Shown here one piece after another: positions 5,728 through 13,921 of a DNA stretch of 19,975 nucleotides. The stretch lies in contig BBVC01000003.1 of the NCBI GenBank assembly GCA_001192655.1, positions 1 to 19,975 on the forward strand, in the 5' to 3' direction. Under the pieces are notes generated by a model. It was not told the origin of the DNA. It saw only the letters and a program-made list of their open reading frames with translations, and did not search any database. The position numbers were made by a program, and so were the translations under genes. How positions within the stretch are numbered: position 1 is the stretch's first letter; each line of letters opens with the position of its first letter. The stretch is from Caedimonas varicaedens (GTDB taxonomy: Bacteria; Pseudomonadota; Alphaproteobacteria; Caedimonadales; Caedimonadaceae).

Positions 5728-8003
5728 TATACTTCCATTATCTGATCATCAGACGAACCATATTGCCCAGAGAATGATCCTTCATGGGTTGGAACAATAA
5801 TTCCCAGCGGAAAACTCATTCTGACGCATGCCCCACCCTCTGTCTTATTTTCGAGGGATAGCTCGCCCGAATGATCTTCCACAATTTTCTTCACAATAGC
5901 CAATCCTAGTCCTGTCCCCTTTTCCCTTAATGTTACATAGGGATCTAGCAGGTGTGATTTTTTCTCTGGGAACCCTTCCCCATTGTCTTCTATTATGATA
6001 ACAAGACGTTTTTGATCCTGAAATACAATAATGACAATCTGTCCCTTAGACAAAAGATCACTCTTATTTTTGTCGCTCAAACTTTCAATTGAGTCAATGG
6101 CATTTTGCAGAAGATTCGTAAAAACTTGACCCATCTGAGAAGAGTCACAAAGAATTTTCAATGATTTGTTGGTACATTCAATTTTAAATTCAATATGAGG
6201 ATATGCTGATTTTTGTAAAAATATAGCTTGCTGACATAATTCCATCAAATTTTCGGGAACCATTTTTGGGCTAGGCATTCTGGCAAAACTTGAAAATTCG
6301 GAAACCAGTCGTTCCATTTGATCGACTTGGCGAATAATTGTATCAATACATTTTTCAAAGCTTGCTCGATCTCCCTGAATATCTTTAAGATATTTTCGTC
6401 GCAATCTTTCTGCTGATAATTGGATGGGCGTCAGAGGATTCTTGATTTCGTGAGCAATTCTCCTTGCTACATCTGACCACGTTGCCTTGCGCTGTGCTGC
6501 CATCAATGCCGTAATATCATCAAAAGTAATAATAAATCCGCGTAGTGTTTTTTCTCTATACTCCAACACAATCCGCACCAGAAGCGTTTTTGTAAAGCCA
6601 TGTCGTGTCACCGAAAGCTCATTTTGATAAAAACGATTTTCACTTTCAAAAGCTCGCCCCAAATATTCCATCATTTCAGGCACAATATTTTCAATATTTT
6701 TACCGATGATCGATTCATTTCCCAATGCTAAAAGATCAACAGCTGAACGATTCAAGAGACGAATCTGGCCATCCACAGAAATTTCAATCACGCCGGCTGT
6801 AACACCCCCCAGCACATCTTCAATAAATTGACGCCGTTGATCTATTTGTTGGTTCGCTTCAACAAGCTCTTGCTGTTGGGTTTTCAGCTCTGTGGTCATT
6901 CGATTGAAAGCACGCGAGAGAATGGAAATTTCATCCTCAGAGGTTTTTTCAGAAACCTGAATCGCGTAATTTCCTTGCCGCACGCTCTCAGCAGCAAAGA
7001 TAAGCTCACTAATAGGCCGCGCCATATGATCAGCGAAGAGGAGTCCCATCCATACAGCCGCAAGCAACAGAATCAAGGCAACAATAATAAAGGATACCGC
7101 AAGCTTGATCTCAAGATCATTTTGCAGCGCTTCCAACTGGTTGTATTCACTGACAGCATTGCGCGTATTATCAATGCGTTTCAAGACTCCCCTGTCCAAA
7201 TAACGTCCCGCAATAATGAAAGCATCTGTGTGAGGAATGCGTGTAAAAGCGCGTACACGATCACCACTCTCGCTCGTTTGCAGGATAATTCTATTTTGTG
7301 CTCTTTGAAGATCAATCAAACTGAGAGATTCAAATTCAAGAGAAAAGCTCAGATGAGTGCGCGCATAAATTTTATGGTTTAATCCAAAAATAATGCCTTC
7401 ATTCAAAGACATGATAAAACATTCTTTATCAAGTTCCTCGCTGAAATATTCTTGGTTTTCCGCATACCGGTTAAAATTTTCAGAGAATTTCAATGCCAGT
7501 GCATTAACACTTGTACTAATGGCTTTTTTATGTTCTTCAAGATAAGCTTCAGCAACAGCCGACGATTCATTAAGCGCTGTGCGAACCCGTTCATTAAACC
7601 AGGCCTGAATTCCCTCATTAAATAAAAGGGCGGATGAAATCGCAATAAAGACTGTTGGAACAACCGTTAGGGCGCCAAAAATCAAAGCAAGTCGCAAATG
7701 AAGTTTCGATCCTGCCCGACCACTCCGCCTTTGAGACCATAGGTTGACAATCCGTCGTGAAATTAAAAAACCCAACAAAAGAAGAATGATAAGGTCAAAA
7801 TTAAGAAGATGGACAATTTTGCGGGAATTTCCGCCCAAAAGGACAGAATTGGTAAAGGCACTATAGGTTGCGATACCAGCTCCCACCGCAATAATAAGTA
7901 AAAGAGCAACAAGCTTTTGAGAAAGCTTGAAGCGTTGCGCCCAGTAATAAAAAGTTTCAGAAAAAGCGCGTGTTTTTGCTTTCAGAAAGCCTATCATCGT
8001 CAA
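5727..8003 (-). CDS. ntrY: Sensor histidine kinase NtrY (transmembrane, HAMP, PAS, HisKA and HATPase domains)
   Basis: It has N-terminal transmembrane helices, the H-box HEIKNPLTPIQLSAERLRRK, and N and G boxes (DNGEGF, GTGLGLAIVKKIVEDH). The track start is TTG 8003, but ATG at 7997 (MIGFLK...) is equally plausible. Confidence 0.9.
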   Translation of the reverse strand: MTMIGFLKAKTRAFSETFYYWAQRFKLSQKLVALLLIIAVGAGIATYSAFTNSVLLGGNSRKIVHLLNFDLIILLLLGFLISRRIVNLWSQRRSGRAGSKLHLRLALIFGALTVVPTVFIAISSALLFNEGIQAWFNERVRTALNESSAVAEAYLEEHKKAISTSVNALALKFSENFNRYAENQEYFSEELDKECFIMSLNEGIIFGLNHKIYARTHLSFSLEFESLSLIDLQRAQNRIILQTSESGDRVRAFTRIPHTDAFIIAGRYLDRGVLKRIDNTRNAVSEYNQLEALQNDLEIKLAVSFIIVALILLLAAVWMGLLFADHMARPISELIFAAESVRQGNYAIQVSEKTSEDEISILSRAFNRMTTELKTQQQELVEANQQIDQRRQFIEDVLGGVTAGVIEISVDGQIRLLNRSAVDLLALGNESIIGKNIENIVPEMMEYLGRAFESENRFYQNELSVTRHGFTKTLLVRIVLEYREKTLRGFIITFDDITALMAAQRKATWSDVARRIAHEIKNPLTPIQLSAERLRRKYLKDIQGDRASFEKCIDTIIRQVDQMERLVSEFSSFARMPSPKMVPENLMELCQQAIFLQKSAYPHIEFKIECTNKSLKILCDSSQMGQVFTNLLQNAIDSIESLSDKNKSDLLSKGQIVIIVFQDQKRLVIIIEDNGEGFPEKKSHLLDPYVTLREKGTGLGLAIVKKIVEDHSGELSLENKTEGGACVRMSFPLGIIVPTHEGSFSGQYGSSDDQIMEV

Positions 8004-8269
8004 CCTTGCCCAAGATCATGTTCCTGGATTTTCTTATAAAGCGTATTACGGTTAATCCCCAGCAATGCTGCTGCCTTAACTTTATTACCGTTTGTATGTT
8101 TAAGTACTGTAGAAATGAGGGGCTTTTCAATTTCACGAATAATATGCCCATAAAGGCATGGAGCAGGCTTATCACCATTCAAAGCCTTGAAGTAAGTCTT
8201 AAGCTTGCTTTCAACAACGCAAGCCAGACCAACTTCACAAGAATTTTTATCGTTTATATCTTTCATCAT
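8000..8269 (-). CDS. Fis-family / NtrC C-terminal-domain-like small DNA-binding protein (89 aa)
   Basis: KLKTYFKALNGDKPAPCLYGHIIREIEKPLISTVLKHTNGNKVKAAALLGINRNTLYKKIQEHD aligns with the Fis core, and more closely with the alphaproteobacterial NtrC C-terminus (..YF.AL....P..LY...L.E.E.PLI...L..T.GNQ.KAA.LLG.NRNTLRKKI.E). Its stop is 2 nt from, or overlapping, the ntrY start. Confidence 0.8.
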   Translation of the reverse strand: MMKDINDKNSCEVGLACVVESKLKTYFKALNGDKPAPCLYGHIIREIEKPLISTVLKHTNGNKVKAAALLGINRNTLYKKIQEHDLGQG

Positions 8270-8334
8270 AGTTGGACATGCTGCCTTTCAAATACTATAA
8301 AGTCAATGGTGACAGAAAATTGGGACGATAAATC

Positions 8335-9276
8335 ATGGAAGAAGAAGAAAAAAATAATAATAGCTGGTTCTCACGCCTTAAAGAAGGTTTACAAAAGTCT
8401 TCCCATAAGCTTACCGAAGGTATCAGTTCTATTTTTACCAAAAAAAAACTGGATAATGAGACTCTTCTTGAGCTCGAGGATTTACTCATTTCAGCGGATC
8501 TCGGAGTTGAAACGGCTCAAAAGTTGACAGAAAATTTACGAAAAAGCCGCTTTAATGAAGATATCACGCAAGAAGAAATCCACTCTTTTCTTGCACAAGA
8601 AATCACCAAAATTCTTGAACCTGTGGCCAAACCCCTGCTGATAGGCAACACTCATAAGCCTTATGTTATTCTCGTCGTTGGCGTCAATGGAAGCGGAAAA
8701 ACAACAACCATTGGGAAACTGGGGCGTATTTTCCAAAATCAGGGACTGAAAGTACGTCTGGCGGCTGGGGACACTTTTCGCGCAGCCGCTGTTGAACAAC
8801 TGGCCGAATGGGGCAAGCGTTCCCAGATTCCCGTAGAGGTAGCAAGCCAGGGATCAGACCCGGCCAGTCTTGCTTATGAAGCTTATGCAAAAGCTCAAAA
8901 AGCTCAGGATGATGTCCTTTTAATTGATACGGCAGGACGTCTTCATAACAAGGAAGGACTGATGGCTGAACTCGCCAAGATCCTTCGCGTTCTTCAGAAA
9001 ATAGACCCCACAGCGCCCCATGAATGTCTTCTTGTCCTGGATGCCACCATAGGTCAAAACGCCCATATACAAGTGGAAGTTTTCCAAAAAATCGCCCGGA
9101 TCACAGGACTGATCATCACCAAGCTGGATGGCACGGCGAAGGGTGGAGTCCTCATCGCCCTGGTTGAAAAATTTCATCTGCCTGTCTATGCGATCGGCGT
9201 CGGAGAAGGTGCAGATGACTTGAAAGACTTTGATGCAAAAAACTTTGCCGAGAATCTGGTAGGGCTTTCAGAATAA
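8335..9276 (+). CDS. ftsY: Signal recognition particle receptor FtsY
   Basis: It has an NG domain with the SRP-GTPase motifs GVNGSGKTTTIGKL, DTFRAAA, DTAGR and TKLDGTAKGG, plus a short acidic N-terminal A-region. Confidence 0.93.
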   Translation: MEEEEKNNNSWFSRLKEGLQKSSHKLTEGISSIFTKKKLDNETLLELEDLLISADLGVETAQKLTENLRKSRFNEDITQEEIHSFLAQEITKILEPVAKPLLIGNTHKPYVILVVGVNGSGKTTTIGKLGRIFQNQGLKVRLAAGDTFRAAAVEQLAEWGKRSQIPVEVASQGSDPASLAYEAYAKAQKAQDDVLLIDTAGRLHNKEGLMAELAKILRVLQKIDPTAPHECLLVLDATIGQNAHIQVEVFQKIARITGLIITKLDGTAKGGVLIALVEKFHLPVYAIGVGEGADDLKDFDAKNFAENLVGLSE

Positions 9277-9283
9277 ACCGTAG

Positions 9284-9417
9284 ATGCCTATACCCAAAGG
9301 ATTTCAATCTGGGTAGGCAGACGAGTGGTGAGTCCCGCGCAGCGTACATAAAGTACGTGAGCAGGACTAATCCCGAAGTCCAACAACCTCAGGTTTTGAA
9401 AGGCGAAGGGTATACAT
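9284..9417. ncRNA. Candidate structured RNA or MITE-like imperfect palindrome (~134 nt), identity unknown
   Basis: It lies in the intergenic region between ftsY and gpmI. An outer stem pairs 9289-9295 (TATACCC) with 9408-9414 (GGGTATA). A second stem pairs 9302-9313 with 9388-9401. There is an internal bubble of about 17 and 19 nt. An apical hairpin pairs 9331-9335 (AGTCC) with 9364-9368 (GGACT) and has an inner GTAC/GTAC stem. Confidence 0.3.
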
Positions 9418-9444
9418 TGACAGGACGAACACCTGTCCTATAAG
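9417..9444 (+). promoter_or_regulatory. Sigma-70-type promoter candidate for gpmI
   Basis: It has a TTGACA -35 box (9417-9422), a 16-nt spacer and a TATAAG -10 box (9439-9444). The spacer contains a GACAGG/CCTGTC inverted repeat. Confidence 0.45.
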
Positions 9445-9551
9445 TTTGTTCTGAAATAATCAATAAATGAGTATAACTTTCATGCCAGATGAAAATCCTA
9501 GCCTGGGGAAAAGCGCTCAAAGTGTTCACCACCTTTAAAAAGGAAGCCCTG

Positions 9552-11093
9552 ATGTCTCATCATTCCAAGCCTATTGTGCTTTGTATCCTTGACGGCTGGG
9601 GATATTCCCCGAATCACAACCATAATGCCATTGCTGCAGCCAAACTGCCTACCTGGAAACGCCTTATGGATCATTTCCCTTCGACTCTCCTTGAAGCTTC
9701 GGCTCACAATGTTGGACTTCCCGAAGGGCAAATGGGAAACTCTGAGGTAGGGCATATGAATATTGGTGCGGGACGTGTTATCCTTCAAGATCTTCCGCGT
9801 ATTGATCAGGCGATTAAAGACCGTACATTTAAGTCCATCCCTGGTTATAAAAACTTCATTCAAAAACTGAAACAGTCTCAGGGAGCGTGCCATATGTTGG
9901 GACTTCTCTCACCGGGTGGTGTCCATTCTCATCAGAGTCATATGATAGCATTTGCAAAAGATCTGGCAGAGGAAGGAATTGCTATCAGGGTTCATGGTTT
10001 TCTGGATGGAAGAGATACCCCCCCCACAAGCGGACTGGAATTCGTTAAAGCTTTTTTATCTGAAGTCGAGCCTCATCGTTCCCTGATCCAGATAGCGTCC
10101 ATAGGAGGACGATATTACGGCATGGATCGCGATAAAAGATGGGATCGCGTTAAAAAAGCATATGATGCCATTGCATTTGGAGAAGCGCCTGTATTCAGCA
10201 ATCCATTAACCTATATTACTCAAAATTATGCCCAGGAAATCGGTGATGAGTTTATTTTTCCCACCATCATGGAAGATTATCAAGGCATTAACCCGGGAGA
10301 CGGTCTTCTTCATATGAATTTCCGCGCTGACCGCGTACGGCAATTGCTCTCAGCTTTTGTGATGCCCGAGTTTACCGCCTTTGATCGGAGAAACAACCCT
10401 GACTTATCAGCGATTGCTGGCATGACCGAGTATTCAGAAACCCTGAATCCCTACTGTCCTGCCTTTTTTTCCGCTATTGATATTCAGGAAAGCCTGGGAG
10501 AAATTGTATCGCAGCATCATCTTAAACAATTGAGAGTTGCAGAAACAGAAAAATACGCTCATGTTACTTTTTTCTTTAATGGTGGTCAGGAAAAAATCTT
10601 TCCGGGAGAAGACCGTCTTCTCGTCCCCTCTCCCCAAGTGGCAACTTATGACTTAAAACCTGAGATGTCTGCCTATGAACTAACCGAAAAGCTTATCGAA
10701 GCACAACATCGAAACAATTACGACCTGATTGTCGTTAATTATGCCAATCCTGATATGGTCGGGCATTCAGGAAATCTGGAAGCCTCGATCAAAGCTGTAG
10801 AAACAGTGGACGATTGTCTTACACAATTATGTCAACTGATTGATGAAAAAGGTGGATTTCTTATTATCACAGCCGATCATGGAAATGTAGAGCAAATCCA
10901 TGACGAAGAAACAAATCAACCTCATACAGCCCATACACTTAATCCTGTACCCTTTGTGATATACGGCAAAAACGCACAGACTCTCTCTTTACACCCTGGT
11001 CAATTAAGCGATATTGCTCCCACCGTTCTCAAACTGATGGAGCTCCCCCAACCCATAGCCATGACAGGAAAAAACCTGATTTCTGTCGCATAA
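9552..11093 (+). CDS. gpmI: 2,3-bisphosphoglycerate-independent phosphoglycerate mutase
   Basis: Typical iPGM features are present: the N-terminus PIVLCILDGWGYS, the Ser-containing GNSEVGHMNIGAGR, GRDTPP, and the C-terminal motifs ADHGN and HT. I prefer ATG 9552, which has an AGGAAG SD 5 nt upstream, over the track start at 9489, which has no SD and adds a non-conserved 21-aa extension. Confidence 0.92.
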   Translation: MSHHSKPIVLCILDGWGYSPNHNHNAIAAAKLPTWKRLMDHFPSTLLEASAHNVGLPEGQMGNSEVGHMNIGAGRVILQDLPRIDQAIKDRTFKSIPGYKNFIQKLKQSQGACHMLGLLSPGGVHSHQSHMIAFAKDLAEEGIAIRVHGFLDGRDTPPTSGLEFVKAFLSEVEPHRSLIQIASIGGRYYGMDRDKRWDRVKKAYDAIAFGEAPVFSNPLTYITQNYAQEIGDEFIFPTIMEDYQGINPGDGLLHMNFRADRVRQLLSAFVMPEFTAFDRRNNPDLSAIAGMTEYSETLNPYCPAFFSAIDIQESLGEIVSQHHLKQLRVAETEKYAHVTFFFNGGQEKIFPGEDRLLVPSPQVATYDLKPEMSAYELTEKLIEAQHRNNYDLIVVNYANPDMVGHSGNLEASIKAVETVDDCLTQLCQLIDEKGGFLIITADHGNVEQIHDEETNQPHTAHTLNPVPFVIYGKNAQTLSLHPGQLSDIAPTVLKLMELPQPIAMTGKNLISVA

Positions 11094-11140
11094 TGTTTTT
11101 AGCACTGTACTGCAAAAAAAAGATTATTGTCTGTCATGTC

Positions 11141-11160
11141 ATCCCCGCCTGCGCGGGGAT
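11141..11160. terminator. Perfect 8-bp GC-rich palindrome between convergent gpmI and infC, read as a bidirectional terminator or REP-like element
   Basis: ATCCCCGC-ctgc-GCGGGGAT. On the minus strand it is followed about 20 nt later by a T8 run (complement of A8 at 11113-11120). There is no T-run on the plus strand. Confidence 0.45.
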
Positions 11161-11251
11161 AACAAAACTCCGATACTTATTTAATAACGCATCGTACTTG
11201 AATATGTCTGGGTGTAGAGGGTATACGCGTCTCTATTTTACAATCTCTGTT

Positions 11252-11794
11252 TTAAACCTTGGGAACCAAAACCATCAGCATTTGACGCCCTTCAAGTTTA
11301 GGAGGAAGCTCTACCTTGGCCTCTTCGCCCATATCGTCAATCACACGCTTCAAAATCTCCATGCCAATTTCCTGGTGAGCCATTTGACGTCCCTTAAAGC
11401 GCATCGTAATTTTTACTTTATCATCTTCTGCAATAAACCGTTTAATGTTGCGCAATTTTGTCTGATAGTCGTTTTCTTCAATCATCGGGCGCATTTGAAC
11501 TTCTTTGATCTCAACGATTTTTTGTTTTTTACGTTCAGCAGCCTTCTTTTTTTGCGATTCAAATTTATATTTGCCATAATCAAGAATTTTACAAACAGGG
11601 GGATCAACATTCGGAGAGATTTCCACCAGATCAAGACCGGCTTCCACAGCCATTTCAAGTCCTTCTCGAACACTCACAACGCCTATCATATTTCCATTTT
11701 CATCAATTAAGCGAATCTTAGGCGCCCGTATCGCCTCATTAATCCTGGGTCCATCCATCTGAGGGACTTTGGTGGGTCCGATAGGTTTTGTGAT
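11252..11794 (-). CDS. infC: Translation initiation factor IF-3, probably with a non-AUG (AUC) start
   Basis: The IF3 N- and C-domains are clear (RINEAIRAPKIRLIDENG ... LDLVEISPNVDPPVCKILDYGKYKFE ... KEVQMRP ... KITMRFKGRQMAHQEIG). The first ATG is at 11758 and has no SD. A strong AAAGGAG lies 8 nt upstream of an in-frame ATC at 11794. The frame is open back to a TAA just upstream of that SD. Confidence 0.85.
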   Translation of the reverse strand: MTKPIGPTKVPQMDGPRINEAIRAPKIRLIDENGNMIGVVSVREGLEMAVEAGLDLVEISPNVDPPVCKILDYGKYKFESQKKKAAERKKQKIVEIKEVQMRPMIEENDYQTKLRNIKRFIAEDDKVKITMRFKGRQMAHQEIGMEILKRVIDDMGEEAKVELPPKLEGRQMLMVLVPKV

Positions 11795-11826
11795 AGTCGA
11801 TTCTCCTTTATGTTGTTAAAAAAATT

Positions 11827-13749
11827 TTAATACAAATCTGCCGGGTTCGCAGCTTCTTTCGCCAGTTTATCAACAGCAGCCTGAAGCGCAAGGATTTCTT
11901 GCGTTTCCAACCCCAATTTGCGGATTGTGACTGTTTTCTGCTCTGCTTCCCGTTTACCAATGACGAAGATATAAGGAATTTTCTGTAAACTCAATTCCCG
12001 AATTTTATAATTGATCTTTTCATTGCGTAAATCCAACTCAACGCGCAGATTATGTTTTCTTAAAAGTTGCGCTACATCCCTTGCAAACTCATCCCCTTCT
12101 GACGTAATTGTCGTCACCGCCACCTGGACAGGCGAGAGCCACAATGGAAACTTTCCTGAAAAGTGCTCGATAAGAATGCCCGTAAAACGCTCAAGCGACC
12201 CCAGCACCGCCCGATGCAACATCACGGGCGTGTGTCGTTTCCCATCTTCTCCTACATAGGAAGCACCCAGTCTTTGAGGTAAAACAAAGTCTGCCTGCAA
12301 TGTCCCGCACTGCCAGTCACGTCCAATGGCATCTCTTAAAACAAATTCGAGCTTGGGACCATAAAAGGCTCCCTCTCCCGGATTAATGACATAGCTTAGC
12401 CCCGCAGCCTCAGTGGCTTCTCTAAGAGCCTGTTCCGCCTTATCCCAGATCTCATCCGAGCCTGCCCGCACCTCGGGGCGCGTCGCGAATTTAACACGTA
12501 TATTTTCAAAACCAAGATCCTTATAGACAGAAAGCAATAAATCACAAAAAGCCTTTGTTTCGGAAGTAATTTGATCTTCCGTACAGAAAATATGCGCATC
12601 ATCCTGCACCATTGAACGGACACGCAAAAGACCATGCAGTGACCCTGACGGCTCATTACGATGGCATGCGCCAAATTCCGCCAACCGCAAGGGCAGATCC
12701 CGATAGCTTTTAATGCCCTGTTTGAAAATTTGCACATGGCAAGGACAATTCATGGGCTTCACCACAAGTGTTTTCTCTTCGTCTTCTGACGACGTAAACA
12801 TGGCTTCCCTGAATTTTTCCCAGTGACCCGAAGCTTCCCAAAGCGCCCGATCAACCATAATCGGCGTATTGACTTCGGCGTAACCAAGTTTGGAAATGCG
12901 CTTGCGGATGTAATTCTGAAGTCCCCGATAGAGCTCCCACCCTTTGGGATGCCAGAATACTGCACCAGGCGCCTCTTCCTGAAAGTGAAAAAGGTTCATA
13001 TCTCGCCCCAGCTTGCGATGGTCACGTTTTTCAGATTCTTCCAGTTGTTTCAGGTAATCCTGTAATTGTTTCTCAGTCGCCCAGGCTGTTCCATAAATGC
13101 GCTGAAGCATGGGATTGCGATGATCCCCTCGCCAATAGGCGCCGGCCAGCTTCATCAGTTTAAAGGCTTTCCCCAGTTTTCCCGTAGAAGGAAGATGAGG
13201 CCCTCGGCAAAGATCAATAAAATTCCCCTGTCGATAAAGGCTGACATCCTCACCTTCGGGAATACTGCTGATAATTTCGGCTTTAAAATGCTCTCCTATG
13301 GATTTAAAGAACTCGACGGCTTTATCACGCGACCAAACTTCCCGCACCAGAGGTTCATCTCGATCAACAATCTCGCGCATTCGCCGCTCAATTTTCTCCA
13401 AATCTTCAGGCGTAAAAGACTGTTCACGATAAATATCGTAATAAAAACCGTTTTCAATGGCAGGACCAATGGTGATTTGTACCTCTGGATAGAGTTCCTT
13501 CACCGCTTCAGCCAACACATGTGCCGCATCATGACGGAAAATTTCCAACGCCTCTTCCGATGTTCTGGTGACGATTTCAACTCTGGCATCCTGCGCAACA
13601 GGCAACGTCAGGTCAGAAAGCTTGCCGTCAATTTTGACAACCACTGCGTCTTGTGCAAGGCGCGCACCAATACTGCTGGCGATCTCGTACCCGGTGACCG
13701 CACGCTCATAACGGCGTATAGATCCATCGGGAAGAGTAATAGCAATCAT
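11827..13749 (-). CDS. thrS: Threonine--tRNA ligase
   Basis: It is 640 aa with an N-terminal TGS domain ([14 protein letters not shown]), an editing domain, class II catalytic motifs (FRHDAAH, HRNEPSG, GAFYGPK) and an anticodon-binding C-terminus. infC follows 32 nt downstream. Confidence 0.95.
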   Translation of the reverse strand: MIAITLPDGSIRRYERAVTGYEIASSIGARLAQDAVVVKIDGKLSDLTLPVAQDARVEIVTRTSEEALEIFRHDAAHVLAEAVKELYPEVQITIGPAIENGFYYDIYREQSFTPEDLEKIERRMREIVDRDEPLVREVWSRDKAVEFFKSIGEHFKAEIISSIPEGEDVSLYRQGNFIDLCRGPHLPSTGKLGKAFKLMKLAGAYWRGDHRNPMLQRIYGTAWATEKQLQDYLKQLEESEKRDHRKLGRDMNLFHFQEEAPGAVFWHPKGWELYRGLQNYIRKRISKLGYAEVNTPIMVDRALWEASGHWEKFREAMFTSSEDEEKTLVVKPMNCPCHVQIFKQGIKSYRDLPLRLAEFGACHRNEPSGSLHGLLRVRSMVQDDAHIFCTEDQITSETKAFCDLLLSVYKDLGFENIRVKFATRPEVRAGSDEIWDKAEQALREATEAAGLSYVINPGEGAFYGPKLEFVLRDAIGRDWQCGTLQADFVLPQRLGASYVGEDGKRHTPVMLHRAVLGSLERFTGILIEHFSGKFPLWLSPVQVAVTTITSEGDEFARDVAQLLRKHNLRVELDLRNEKINYKIRELSLQKIPYIFVIGKREAEQKTVTIRKLGLETQEILALQAAVDKLAKEAANPADLY

Positions 13750-13921
13750 AACAACCTCTTAATTTTCTGACCAAAGTGTTTAAAATTCTCATGAGATTAC
13801 GCAGAGTGTCAATAAAAATTCAAACGGTCAACAAAAAGCATCAAAATATCATTTGATTTCCTAAGATTTCGTAAATTATAGTTCAGGACTTCAAGAATTT
13901 TTAAAACAGGGATAACCATCA

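Noticed and set aside
6828-7382. 184-aa plus-strand ORF. The same reasoning applies to 7970..8527, 9498..9893 and 16975..17580.
   Set aside because: All overlap well-supported genes (ntrY, ntrY/fis-like/ftsY, gpmI and typA respectively) on the opposite strand and show no family features.
9284-9417. Possibility that the ftsY-adjacent structured element is SRP (4.5S) RNA
   Set aside because: There is no GNRA (GGAA) apical tetraloop, and no AGCA symmetric-loop motif at the right distance from the loop. The apical loop here is AUAAA on a GUAC stem.
9419-9437. GACAGG-n7-CCTGTC hairpin as an ftsY or ncRNA terminator
   Set aside because: The stem is short, with no following U-run. It coincides exactly with the spacer of a good TTGACA-16-TATAAG promoter, so a promoter or operator context is more likely.
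9489-9551. Upstream extension of gpmI (MKILAWGKALKVFTTFKKEAL)
   Set aside because: It has no SD and the extension is not part of the conserved iPGM N-terminus. ATG 9552 has an AGGAAG SD at ideal spacing.
11093-11710. 205-aa ORF on the plus strand
   Set aside because: It is antisense to infC and runs through the intergenic palindrome. The Phe/Leu/Asn-rich translation is typical of the reverse strand of a Lys/Glu-rich gene.
13066-13770. 234-aa ORF on the plus strand
   Set aside because: It lies entirely antisense to thrS, whose identity is unambiguous. Its composition is low-complexity and shadow-ORF-like, and it has no recognisable motifs.
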